NCBI GenBank assembly: GCA_963555755.3
Contig: OY820905.2
Coordinates: forward strand, 4,545,745-4,609,744
DNA from: Nitrospirales bacterium
GTDB taxonomy: Bacteria; Nitrospirota; Nitrospiria; Nitrospirales; UBA8639
Length of the DNA stretch: 64,000 nt
Direction of reading: 5' to 3'
The translations under genes and the position numbers were made by a program. The notes below the pieces were generated by a model. That model made no database searches. It worked only from the letters and a program-made list of their open reading frames with translations, and was not told where the DNA came from. Positions 31,393-41,318 of the stretch are shown here, one piece after another (the stretch's first letter is position 1; every line of letters starts with the position of its first letter).

Positions 31393-31761
31393 ATGGCACC
31401 GATTTTAGTCATTGACGACGATCCGCAGGTCAATCAATTATTGCGAGATGTATTAGAGTGTGAAGGGTATCAAGTAATCACAGCGCAACGAGCCACAGAG
31501 GGGCTTCACCACTTGGAGACGACAACGATCGATCTGGTGATTACTGATGTCATCATGCCTGGTAAAGGGGGATTGGAAATCATCAGAGAGATGCGCCAAC
31601 GATATCCCCAAACCAAGATCCTGGCAATTTCAGGGGGGCTGTCAAAAGGTGGCATAGATGTGTTGGATATCGCGAAACGTTTGGGAGCGAACAGAGTGCT
31701 ATCTAAACCTTTCGTCGTGCAGGATCTCCTCCAAAGTGTTCGCATGTTGTTAGAGGCTTGA
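31393..31761 (+). CDS. Stand-alone response regulator receiver
   Basis: ILVIDDD, DLVITDVIMP, AISGG, KPF. The stop TGA is the left duplication of MITE A. Confidence 0.9.
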   Translation: MAPILVIDDDPQVNQLLRDVLECEGYQVITAQRATEGLHHLETTTIDLVITDVIMPGKGGLEIIREMRQRYPQTKILAISGGLSKGGIDVLDIAKRLGANRVLSKPFVVQDLLQSVRMLLEA

Positions 31762-32352
31762 ACCTAGAAACCGCAGTTGGATCACAAAAGTCCGCGCAAA
31801 CTCTCAGGGTCCGTCACGAAATAACCGAGACAATTGGCCGAGACGATTTTGGAGCGAGCCAAGGAGCGAAGAGCGCGCATACCGGGAGTATGGAAGCGAT
31901 GAGCGACGCCGGCGGAGCCCAAAAGCGTCCGGCCCTGCGGGGAGGCCCATCTTTGGCCCGGGGCAGCGTTGCTCCTCGGTCACAGAGCCCCGCTCTGCTC
32001 CCTCGTCGCGCCTTGCCCCGATCACAAATCTGGGCCTCCCAATTGTCCCGGTTATTTCGTGACGGACCCTGAGCGCACCTCGCAAAAGAGAAAAATGTCT
32101 CATCACCACGGAGGGTTCGCGCAAGAATACCTTCCCCGGTTTGGGTGCTGAGACACCTGTCTGGCAAGGCGCGAGGACTGCGCATACTCTCGGTATGGAA
32201 AGGACGAGCAACGCCGCCAGACGGGATGGATCGACGCCCAAACCGGGGAAGGTATTCTTGCGCGAACCCTAAGGTGACCACGACTTTTTTTATTTCACCA
32301 TGCACACCAATAGCTTACACGGCTTTTTTGCGCCCAATTGCCGTTTCTAGCT
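31762..32352. mobile_element. Composite MITE A containing D (31807-32069) and B (32113-32269)
   Basis: A TIRs with TGA duplication; D TIR GGGTCCGTCACGAAATAACCG; B TIR. Confidence 0.88.
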
Positions 32353-32526
32353 TGAATATTCCTGCCGAAATAAGTGGATGTTTACCTTCCTCATGTTTTT
32401 GTCATTTTTAAGTTTGCCAAGACACGCCTTGCTTGTTTTTTGCGTGTTGTTTCATGCAGACGACTACCCTGAATTTTGTGTGTGAATAGCCTGGTCGAGT
32501 CATTCCCTCCTTCTGGATTCTTTTCA

Positions 32527-32667
32527 GGGCACCTCTAAAAACCGTCCTTTTCCGTGATGGCGGCGTCAGCCGCGTGCTCAAATCCTCATGTATTCGCCCA
32601 TACACTCCGGTTTTCCGCGCGCAGCTTCCTTGCCCTCACAAAAAATGCCGGGTTTTTAGAGGTGCCC
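32527..32667. mobile_element. MITE G, 141 bp
   Basis: TIR GGGCACCTCTAAAAA with 4-bp duplication TTCA; second copy at 43522. Confidence 0.85.
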
Positions 32668-32840
32668 TTCAGTCACGAGATTGTTCCCTGTGGAATACTG
32701 AGAGTATAGTGGGTCCAGTGAAGTCAGCGACCACCTTTCCCCCTGACACGTGAAGGTCTTTGGAAATTGTCACCAATTCGCAGAAATTTTGAATTATTCA
32801 ACAGACTTCTCAGGGATTTTTCTGGGCAGGCAAGGGTTGA

Positions 32841-33614
32841 ACCTAGAAACCGCAGTTGGATCACAAAAGTCCGCGCAAGCTCTTAGGACCTGCGAGAAAA
32901 TCACTTGATCAATCTCGCATCCAATCTTCGGGCCATCTTTGAACGGGCCTCAATCGAAAAACCCTCACCATAGCTGTGCTATGCCTCGAGTGTGTCTCAA
33001 TCGTTCCGTCCAAATCCGACCCCAATCTTGGCGCCATATTGATCAAGTTATTTTCTCGCAGGTCCTTAGGGTCCGTCACGAAATAACCGGGACAATTGGC
33101 CGAGACGATTTTGGAGCGAGCCAAGGAGCGAAGAGCGCGCATACCGGGAGTATGGAAGCGATGAGCGACGCCGGCGGAGCCCAAAAGCGTCCGGCCCTCC
33201 GGGGAGGCCCATCTTTGGCCCGGGGCGGCGTGGCTCCTCGGTCACAGAGCCCCGCTAGGCTCCCTCGTCGTGCCTTGCCCCGATCACAAATCTTGGCCTC
33301 CCAATTGTCCCGGTTATTTCGTGACGGACCCTGAGCGCATCTGGCACAATACAAAAATGTCTCATCACCACGGAGGGCTCGCGCAAGAATAATTTCCCTT
33401 GTTTTGGTGCTGAGGCGCCTGTCTGGCAAGGCGCGAGGACGGCGCATACTCCTCGTATGGAAAGGACGAGCAACGCCGCCAGACAGGATGGATCGACGCC
33501 CAAACATGGGAAGTTATTTTTGCGCGAGCCCTAAGGTGACCACGACTTTTTGTATTTCACCATGCACACCAATATCTTACACGTCTTTTTTGCGCCCACC
33601 TGCCGTTTCTAGGT
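32841..33614. mobile_element. Composite MITE A containing E (32886-33065), D (33069-33331) and B (33375-33531)
   Basis: A TIRs with TGA duplication; same E-D tandem as at 30042-30487. Confidence 0.88.
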
Positions 33615-33697
33615 TGAAGGATGATCCGTATATGAAATGAGAAGAGCCTGGTAAAGGAAACCGGTCCCAACGACTAAATCTTTGGAGAGTAAAATTC

Positions 33698-34417
33698 ATG
33701 AAACGTCTGGATGGAAAAGTGGCTATTGTTACGGGAAGTAGTAGTGGAATTGGGAAAGCCATCGCATTGAAATTTGGTGGCGAGGGCGCGACGGTGGTGG
33801 TGACGGCCCGACGGTTGGAACTGTGTGAGCAAGTTGCCGAACAGATTCGAGTGCAGGGGGGACAGGCTGTGGCGGTGAGGACTGATGTGACCGATGAGTC
33901 TCAGGTCGATGAATTATGCAGTCAAACTATCACCAATTTTGGGCACATTGATATTCTTGTGAATAATGCCGGAGTTTTTGGTGGAGGGCTGTTAATGAAA
34001 ACCAGTACTGCTGAGTTTGACCGTGTCATGAGCACCAACTTGCGAGGGACATTTTTTTGTTGCCGCGCCGGCATTCGAATCATGATGAAACAAGGCACCG
34101 GTACCATCATCAATATGTCGAGTGTGGCTGGTGTTGAAGCATGGGCTGGAACGGGAACCTATAGTGCTTCCAAGCATGGGTTGATGGGATTGACCAAATC
34201 CTTGGCGGATGAAGCCCGGGTCCATGGGATCAAAGTATGTGCTATTTGTCCGGCAGGGGTCGCGGATGAATTAGTTGATGCCTCGGAAGAAGAAATAGTC
34301 GAGAGCCAAAAGATTAGTCCTTTTGATATTGCGGAAACGGCCCTGTATCTCGCCACTCTGGGACCCCATGCGATTGTGCGTCAGGTGGTGGTGGACAGAC
34401 TGGGGGCGGAGTGGTAA
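33698..34417 (+). CDS. SDR family oxidoreductase
   Basis: TGSSSGIG, NNAG, SS, YSASK. Confidence 0.92.
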   Translation: MKRLDGKVAIVTGSSSGIGKAIALKFGGEGATVVVTARRLELCEQVAEQIRVQGGQAVAVRTDVTDESQVDELCSQTITNFGHIDILVNNAGVFGGGLLMKTSTAEFDRVMSTNLRGTFFCCRAGIRIMMKQGTGTIINMSSVAGVEAWAGTGTYSASKHGLMGLTKSLADEARVHGIKVCAICPAGVADELVDASEEEIVESQKISPFDIAETALYLATLGPHAIVRQVVVDRLGAEW

Positions 34418-34423
34418 GAAGGG

Positions 34424-34544
34424 GTGGCTTTTGCAAAAGGCCGCCAGCGGCGTTCTCGGGTTTTTGTCGTCCTCACGTACTCCATGTACGCTGCGGGCGC
34501 CAAACCCCCTGCGGCCTTGCTGGACAGCCTTTTTCAACAGCCCC
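34424..34544. mobile_element. MITE F copy
   Basis: CCAGCGGCGTTCTCGG...CGTAC...GTACG...GCGGCCTTGCTGG core; right end TTTTTCAACAGCCCC. Confidence 0.75.
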
Positions 34545-34667
34545 AAGAGGCCGATGAATGCCACTACACGTCCATGAAAAAGTCTGGCAAGCGGAGATAA
34601 AAAGACTGAAATGAGTCATCTTCCTTAAATCCGGATGCAAGAGCTGCGACGGTTTGTCTTTCTGATC

Positions 34668-35066
34668 CTATTCCTTTTCTTTGAACCGTAACGAGGCGGA
34701 GTTAATACAGTATCGCTGCTTGGTTGGCGCTGGCCCATCGGGGAACACATGTCCAAGATGGGCATCGCACCGAGAACATTGGACCTCGACTCTCGTCATG
34801 CCGAGATTATGGTCGGCATGGGTGTCTAACGCTGAGTCTGTTGCCGGTTGGGTGAAGCTTGGCCACCCGGTTCCCGAGTCAAACTTATCGTCTGATTGAA
34901 ACAATGGGGTGCCACAACAGATACAGTGATACGTTCCCTCTTCTTTATGGCTGTAATAGGTACCGCTATATGAGGGTTCGGTTCCATGCTGGCGTGTTAC
35001 ATAAAACTGTTCCGGTGTCAATTGTTGTTGCCATTCCTCATCAGGTTTTTGTAGCTTGGCGGCCAT
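34668..35066 (-). CDS. msrB: Peptide-methionine (R)-S-oxide reductase
   Basis: GTE, CICC, KFDSGTGWPSF, CSRCDAHLGHVF.DGP, RYCINS. Confidence 0.95.
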   Translation of the reverse strand: MAAKLQKPDEEWQQQLTPEQFYVTRQHGTEPSYSGTYYSHKEEGTYHCICCGTPLFQSDDKFDSGTGWPSFTQPATDSALDTHADHNLGMTRVEVQCSRCDAHLGHVFPDGPAPTKQRYCINSASLRFKEKE

Positions 35067-35179
35067 GGATATCTTCCTTAAACGCGGGTTATAAAAAGGG
35101 ATGTTCTGATCAGTCGATTCCACTCAAGAATCATAGCACACATGACGGTCAAAAGGGGGCTGTTCCAAACTTGTCCTAA

Positions 35180-35336
35180 GGGCTCGCGCAAGAATAACTT
35201 CCCCTGTTTGAGCGTCGATCCATCCCGTCTGGCGGCGCTGCTCGTCCTTTCCATACGAGGGGTATGCGCAGTCCTCGCGCCTTGCCAGACAGGTGTCTCA
35301 CCACCCAAACAGGGGAAGTTATTTTTGCGCGAACCC
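35180..35336. mobile_element. Stand-alone MITE B, 157 bp
   Basis: ~33-bp TIR, TAA duplication in CTAAG. Confidence 0.88.
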
Positions 35337-35725
35337 TAAGGTAAGTCAAAGGTTTTTTTGCAGCATTCTGCTAGGCCAGGCAGTCGATAGGGGGGCAGGT
35401 TTGGCTGTTGAAGGTAATGGCAGGCAGGCCCCACCAATTCTGAAGCAGGGTCGAGTGTCGACGTCGATAGTCCACGGAAAACCGTAAATCACTATTTTGA
35501 AAAATTGTAGTGTTCCACTCTGCCCTTGTCTTATAGAGCCCCTCTACACCGTGAAGGTCATCCGGAAAAGGCCTTCCAATTGTGTCATGTCGAACGGATG
35601 TGAGAAATCCTTGAAAGGTTGGAAGAGATCTCTCGCTTTGCTCGAGACAAGGATTTCTCCCGTTGGTCGATATGACAAGGGACTTAGATCCATCGAATAC
35701 GTAACCGCTTTTATTCAAGACTACA

Positions 35726-36388
35726 CTAATAACTCTCCCGCTTGAGACATGAGTTGGCGAGATCGATCCCGTCTCGTTGGCAGGTGGCAGCGAGAAGCTG
35801 ATAGTGCGCTGACGAATCCGTCACCGCGGTGAGGTGAAGAGTCTGGCAGAGCTGAATGGTATAGACTAACGATGCGCTGGTTTTAATCAAGGCCCAGCCA
35901 TATTCAAAGCGAGGGCCGTCTTTGGGAGAATGCGCCGAACGGCTGAGGGCTTGGACTATCTCCACATCATAGGGTGTTTCCATCCAATCAGTTGGAGCCA
36001 ACTTCGTCAAAATTGAATGATCGTCAGATGCCGGGTTCCCAGGTTGTGGGATCTGAGATGTATCAAACAGTCCGCGCTGAAAACGATAGTTACTCAATAA
36101 GGCTTCGTGAAAGAGTGCTCGCCAAGACGTATCCGACAAGTCACGATTCACAGCGTCAATTATCTCGGTATTCAATGGTCCACTCACGTCATGTCCCTGC
36201 ACAATCCGGCCAGCCTTGAACAGCTTGGGATAGGAGTCACCCATGCGATCGGGAAACGCTGTTGTTCCCATCAAAGGTGTTAGGCGTAGCGCCATGAAAT
36301 CGCGAAAGTGTACGGTCTCATAGTCTGCTAGAAGACTATGAAGCGTGCGTTCATGGCACAGATGAAAAGGATAAAAGAGTGCGTTCAT
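35726..36388 (-). CDS. Hypothetical protein
   Basis: ORF starting MNALFYPFHLC; the upstream extension in the ORF track comes from the mini-A repeat. Confidence 0.7.
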   Translation of the reverse strand: MNALFYPFHLCHERTLHSLLADYETVHFRDFMALRLTPLMGTTAFPDRMGDSYPKLFKAGRIVQGHDVSGPLNTEIIDAVNRDLSDTSWRALFHEALLSNYRFQRGLFDTSQIPQPGNPASDDHSILTKLAPTDWMETPYDVEIVQALSRSAHSPKDGPRFEYGWALIKTSASLVYTIQLCQTLHLTAVTDSSAHYQLLAATCQRDGIDLANSCLKRESY

Positions 36389-36429
36389 ACAATGGGAATG
36401 TAGAACATTGTGAAGAGGGGCGAGATTGA

Positions 36430-36471
36430 ACCTAGAAATGGCAGTTGGACGCCCAAGTGCCGTTTCCAGGT
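36430..36471. repeat. Mini-A: the two MITE A TIRs fused with the interior deleted
   Basis: ACCTAGAAATGGCAGTTGG-ACGC-CCAAGTGCCGTTTCCAGGT. Confidence 0.8.
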
Positions 36472-36533
36472 TCAAGTGCGCACCTTTGCCAGGTTGGGCA
36501 AAAGGTGCGCAGAGAGATTAGGGAACCGGGAAT

Positions 36534-36890
36534 TTACTTACGTTCCTTGATTGCATCTTGATAGGCCTTGTCTTGGGCCAGCCAGTCGAGTCGGAGGCGT
36601 TCGGAAATTGCTTTTGCCTGATTATGGCGTTCCACGCGAGTCTCTTGATTTTTGATCGAGGCTTTGACGGCGTCGCTTATGACATACGAACTTTGTTGGC
36701 CAAAGAGGATTCGGATGGTTTCAGGATGCGGGTTCAATTTTCGGTGCTCGCAATACTTTTTGCCAGCCTCAGTCAAACTGCCATCATGTTCTTCGGTTAG
36801 GGGTGTGGTCCCAGGTGGCACATCCCCCCCAGTAAACCCATATAATTTTCCAATTTCTCCCTCGGCATAACGTATTTTCGCATCTCCCAT
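36534..36890 (-). CDS. Hypothetical protein
   Basis: 118-aa ORF with AAGGA upstream. Confidence 0.6.
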   Translation of the reverse strand: MGDAKIRYAEGEIGKLYGFTGGDVPPGTTPLTEEHDGSLTEAGKKYCEHRKLNPHPETIRILFGQQSSYVISDAVKASIKNQETRVERHNQAKAISERLRLDWLAQDKAYQDAIKERK

Positions 36891-37030
36891 GTGGTCATTC
36901 CTTTGTGTGTAGAGATTGAATAAAAGTAGCGAAGTCAGCCGGAGGAGGTGGTGAGGCCCAGCAGGGTGACTTCAGGATAAATCATAAGGAACAATGAACA
37001 AGAACCTTCAGTTTAGAGAGTAGCCTCTTA

Positions 37031-37187
37031 GGGCTCGCGCAAGAATAACTTCCCTTGTTTGGGCGTCGATCCATCCCGTCTCGCCGCGTTGCTCGTCCTT
37101 TCCATACGAGGAGTATGCGCAGTCCTCGCGCCTTGCTAGACAGGTGTCTCAGCACCCAAACAGGGGAAGTTATTCTTGCGCGAACCC
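37031..37187. mobile_element. Stand-alone MITE B, 157 bp
   Basis: B TIRs flanked by CTTA and TAAG. Confidence 0.88.
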
Positions 37188-37261
37188 TAAGTGTATATGT
37201 TTTTTGTGAAAATTTCTAAGGGTTTAAAATGGCCGTCATCAAAGGGCGACCGCACGGTGTA

Positions 37262-38332
37262 TCACACGTTGAATTTAAAGTGACAGACATCGCCGTCTTT
37301 CACTACATATTCTTTGCCTTCAGAGCGGATCAGGCCTTTCTCACGGAGCGCCGGCTCTGAGCCATATTGGTCGAGGTCCGTGAAGCCATAGATGTCAGCC
37401 TTAATAAAACCCTTCTCAAAGTCTGAGTGTATGACGCCGGCAGCTTGAAGTGCCTTCGCCTCTTCAGGGATCGTCCAGGCTCGGACTTCGTCCGGGCCAC
37501 CCGTGAAGTACGAGCACAATCCAAGGGTTTTGTACGCTGTCACAATGACTTTTTCCAGCCCACTTTGTTTTATGCCCAAGTCTTGCATAAACAAGTCGCG
37601 GTCTTCTCCGGACAACTCCGCAATTTCGCTTTCGAGTTTGCCGCAAATCACGGCTGATTCTGATCCGCGCTCCTTGGTAAAGACCTGAAAATCAGCAATG
37701 ACGGCTTGGTCCGGGTCCTCATCGGTGTTTCCGACATACAGGATGGGCTTGGACGTGAGCAGAAAGAAAGGCTTGAGTACCTCAGGGTCGAGGCTCAATG
37801 CTCGTACGGGTTTGCCTTCTTCAAGGCCGTTCTTAAGAATTTCAAGAAATTCCAGCGCCTCTTTCGATGCCTTGTCGCCGGCCCTCGCTTTGCCCGAGAC
37901 TTTGTCGAATTGCTTCGTGATGCTTTCCAAATCGGCCAACATTAGCTCGGTTTCAATTACCTCGATATCCCGCTTCGGATCAATGTTTCCAAGTGTATGC
38001 ACAACATCATCATCTTTGAAGAGGCGGACCATGTGCATAATCGCGTCCACTTCACGAATGTTGGCTAAGAATTTGTTGCCAAGGCCTTCGCCAGTCGCTG
38101 CGCCTTTGACGAGGCCGGCGATGTCAACAAAACGGCAGGAGGCCGGAATGGTTTTCTTGGGCTTGAACAGTTCCGTAAGGCGGTCAAGACGTATGTCTGG
38201 GACCGCTACGATACCGACATTAGGTTCGATCGTGGCAAACGGATAATTCGACGCAACCGCGCCTCCGGATGTCAGCGCATTAAAAATCGTCGATTTGCCG
38301 ACGTTGGGAAGCCCGACAATGCCAATTTCCAT
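37262..38332 (-). CDS. ychF: Redox-regulated ribosome-binding ATPase YchF
   Basis: GLPNVGKST, NYPFATIEPN, DIAGLVKGA, GVIHSDFEKGFI, EGKEYVVKDGD. Confidence 0.96.
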   Translation of the reverse strand: MEIGIVGLPNVGKSTIFNALTSGGAVASNYPFATIEPNVGIVAVPDIRLDRLTELFKPKKTIPASCRFVDIAGLVKGAATGEGLGNKFLANIREVDAIMHMVRLFKDDDVVHTLGNIDPKRDIEVIETELMLADLESITKQFDKVSGKARAGDKASKEALEFLEILKNGLEEGKPVRALSLDPEVLKPFFLLTSKPILYVGNTDEDPDQAVIADFQVFTKERGSESAVICGKLESEIAELSGEDRDLFMQDLGIKQSGLEKVIVTAYKTLGLCSYFTGGPDEVRAWTIPEEAKALQAAGVIHSDFEKGFIKADIYGFTDLDQYGSEPALREKGLIRSEGKEYVVKDGDVCHFKFNV

Positions 38333-39155
38333 AGGAATCGAATACTAGCAAATCACTACTCGACCAGGCTAGTGCGGGGATTACACGAGAATCGACAGGT
38401 TCATGAGTAGGAACCCACTCCAGCTCGGATTGAGCCCCGCCCCGCAGGCAAGTTCCTAGCCCTCCTTCCGCTGTGGGCTTTTCGCATCGTGGCGTAGGGT
38501 CTCACCTTCAGCAAACTAGAGCATTTAAAACATTTACAAGACATTGGAAAACCACCAGGTCCTCTAAAAAACTGAAGGCTGGAACCTTCAGTTAGCGCTG
38601 CCCGTTTATCCATCCCCCTGGGCATTCACCCAGTTTAACCCCTTGATGGGTCAGTGGAAATCTTCAAACAATCGAAGTTGCATTTTCTTTGCTCATGTAA
38701 ATGACAAGATCAATGTCCATGGGCAACGAGTTGACAACAATAGGTTCTACGAAAGGGTCAAACACGGAGTGTTGATAAAGGTGTGTCTCTTTCTCAGACA
38801 AGCAGGGGAGAAGGGCATCTTTCCTACAGAATACGGGCATGAGGGAATACATGACCCCAGTGGGAAGGGTGTCCACTCCTAACCGTGTCAATCAAATTCA
38901 GACTTGTGCGTTAACACAGAGACTGACAATTAGTATTCATCACCCATTACCATTCAAGGGGGCAAACGATGGATCATACAGAATATATGGTTCTATCCTA
39001 CCGCCATCCAATTCTGGCCCCATGGAGTTTCTTGGCCATGGCGTTGCTTCCTGTGAGCGTTCTTTCTTGTGTCGCTGCACGATCGTATCGTGCCCTCTTC
39101 CCACGGACCAAGGGGCTCTGACGCCAGGAAGAGGCAGCATGAGATGCTGCAGCGA

Positions 39156-41189
39156 GTGCGCCTGTGAAGGCGTTTGATCAGGAGGGTGCAAGTCCCTCTC
39201 AGGCGAACGTTACCAGCCTGAAGTCGACAGTGGTAACTGCGTTTCCGTGAGGAAGGGTGGAGAGCAATCTGAGACGAACGACCAGTCCGTAACGAACGTG
39301 AACTCGATTCGGCCAAGCCTGTCGGGGAGGCTCCTAGCGATGTCCGAACCCTTGATCGCGCGACGGCAGATCCCTTCGACCTGAGAGTCTGCCCGGGGGA
39401 TAGACGCGGCAAGTCACGGCGGTGACGTAACGTGGGAAAGCGACCGTGGCGAAATGGCAAGGTGGTGGTTGGAGATGGAATGGTCGGAAGGTCAAACGAG
39501 CTAAGCAGGGAGATCTGTCGGGTGAAGGACGTGGACGACGTGTCGTGACCATTCGCAGTGGGGGACGCTGCGTGATCAATGGCCCAGGCCCCTCGGTGCC
39601 GTATCGCGTGCCGCAGGGGAACGAACGAAGCGATGCCGATGACGTTGGATGAAGCGGCTCGACAGAAGTCAGAGCTCTCATAATAGCTGGGAAGCCGTGC
39701 AGCATAACGCGGTGGAGCAAAGGGGAGCAGGAAGGTAGATGTGAAATGACTAAACCGCCGACACGTCGAGCCTCGACCCCGCGTCGAGATTACATCCCAG
39801 TCACAGTGCCGTTTTCGGCTACCCCGGCTGGGGAGCTTCCTGGGATCGACCAGTGGGCTCATCGAGCGGTTTGGACAGATCGCATGGTGGCGACACTGAT
39901 GGCAGACAAAGTGAGAGGAGGCAAATGGCACACGTTGAGGGATAAGGTGTCTGGCAGCCTGAACCTGTCCTGCTCGGCCAAGAAGGTCCTGGGCAAGAAC
40001 GGGGCTGCGGGCGTTGACCGGCAAACGTGTTCGGAGTTCGCCGAGCATGAGCGGGCGGAACTCGATCGGTTGCAAGCCGAACTGGGTGACGGAACCTATC
40101 GTCCGGCAGCGGGGCGGCGGCGGTGGATTTCCAAACCCGACAGGTCGGCGAAGCGCCCGTTGGGAATTCCGACCGTGCGGGATCGCGTCGTGCAAACGGC
40201 AGTGGTCCACGTGCTTGAGCCGATTATGGACGCCATGTTCCATGCGCGAAGCTTCGGCTTTCGCCACGGACGCGGGTGCCATGATGCCCTACGGTGCGTC
40301 GAGGAATGGCTCGACGCCGGGTATGTGTATGTTGTCGACGCGGATGTGCAGGAGTACTACGAGACGATTCCGAAAGATCGACTGTTGGCCAGAGTGCAAC
40401 AGAAGATCTCGGATCGCCGTGTGTTGGGCCTGGTGAAGAAGTTTCTGAACCAGGGGATTCTGGAAGAACTGCGGGAGTGGACGCCGGAAGCCGGTGTGCC
40501 GCAAGGCGCGGTGCTGTCTCCCATGCTGTCGAATGTCTATCTCAACCCCCTGGACCATCGGATGTCCGATCTCGGATTTCAGATGGTGCGCTACGCGGAT
40601 GACTTTGTCATCCTGTGTCGCACGCCGGAAGAAGCCGAAGCGGCGCTGGCCGAGGTGCGCCGGTGGGTGGAGGCCAAGGGGCTGACACTGCATCCCGAGA
40701 AAACACACATCGTGGACTCGCGGGAGAAGAGCTTTTCGTTTCTGGGCTATTCGTTCCGAGGCCGGCTGCGGTTTCCACGAGCGAAGAGCCACCGAAAGTT
40801 CATCGCCCGCATCCGCGAGCTGACGCCGCAGAAATCGGGCGACTCGCTGGCGGTAATTCTCCACCGGCTCACTCGCTCGACGCAAGGGTGGTTCAACTAC
40901 TTTCGGCACTGTTTTTGGAACATCTTCAAGGCCTACGATGGAATGATCCGTCGGCGGTTGCGCCGGATGCTTCTGAAAAGGAACCGAAGGAATCGACAAC
41001 GCCTCGCACGCAATCAACGGTGGCCGAACGCCTTCTTTGCGGATCATGGGTTCACGAGCCTGAATGATGCCCATATTCGTTTCGTCCACTCCATAGGAAC
41101 CTACTGACTGGAGAGCCGTATGCGGGAGAACTGCACGTACGGTTCGGAGGGAGGGGGAGCGCAACTCAATGCGCCCTCCCTACCCCTAT
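39156..41189 (+). mobile_element. Complete group II intron (IEP lacks endonuclease domain)
   Basis: 5' end GTGCG at 39156. Domain V GAGCCGTATGCGGGAGAACTGCACGTACGGTTC (41113-41145, AGC triad). Domain VI with bulged A at ~41182 and ...CCCCTAT end. Confidence 0.92.
39746..41107 (+). CDS. ltrA: Group II intron reverse transcriptase/maturase
   Basis: AAGVD, RPLGIPTVRDRVVQ, SFGFR, VDAD, GVPQGAVLSP, RYADD, FSFLGY, domain X GWFNYF; no HNH domain. Confidence 0.93.
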   Translation: MTKPPTRRASTPRRDYIPVTVPFSATPAGELPGIDQWAHRAVWTDRMVATLMADKVRGGKWHTLRDKVSGSLNLSCSAKKVLGKNGAAGVDRQTCSEFAEHERAELDRLQAELGDGTYRPAAGRRRWISKPDRSAKRPLGIPTVRDRVVQTAVVHVLEPIMDAMFHARSFGFRHGRGCHDALRCVEEWLDAGYVYVVDADVQEYYETIPKDRLLARVQQKISDRRVLGLVKKFLNQGILEELREWTPEAGVPQGAVLSPMLSNVYLNPLDHRMSDLGFQMVRYADDFVILCRTPEEAEAALAEVRRWVEAKGLTLHPEKTHIVDSREKSFSFLGYSFRGRLRFPRAKSHRKFIARIRELTPQKSGDSLAVILHRLTRSTQGWFNYFRHCFWNIFKAYDGMIRRRLRRMLLKRNRRNRQRLARNQRWPNAFFADHGFTSLNDAHIRFVHSIGTY

Positions 41190-41318
41190 CCTAAAAATAC
41201 AAGACGACGCCATTCGCGCAAAAGGAGAGGCGACATAACCCACGAGGAGTGCCATAAATTTATGTGCACCTGATCGTATTGTGCTGCCAGAACCCTACAT
41301 TCTGCATGATCCCAAACG

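Noticed and set aside
15700..33640. Many 60-220 aa ORFs with recurring peptides (e.g. 15700-16194, 23916-24545, 29669-30340, 30594-31100, 31814-32305, 32939-33334; also 48390-49016)
   Set aside because: They are translations of the MITE repeats in several frames, with no RBS or protein motifs.
38333..39000. Short ORFs and a 9-bp hairpin (AACTGAAGG/CCTTCAGTT at ~38570) upstream of ychF
   Set aside because: No recognisable motif or convincing RBS; cannot support a call.
39746..41107. RT as a retron, DGR or defence RT
   Set aside because: It has domain X and sits inside canonical intron boundaries with domains V and VI; no TR/VR pair or msr-msd was seen.
38993..41164. Long antisense ORFs (429 aa and 291 aa) over the intron
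   Set aside because: GC-rich shadow frames of the RT gene and intron RNA.
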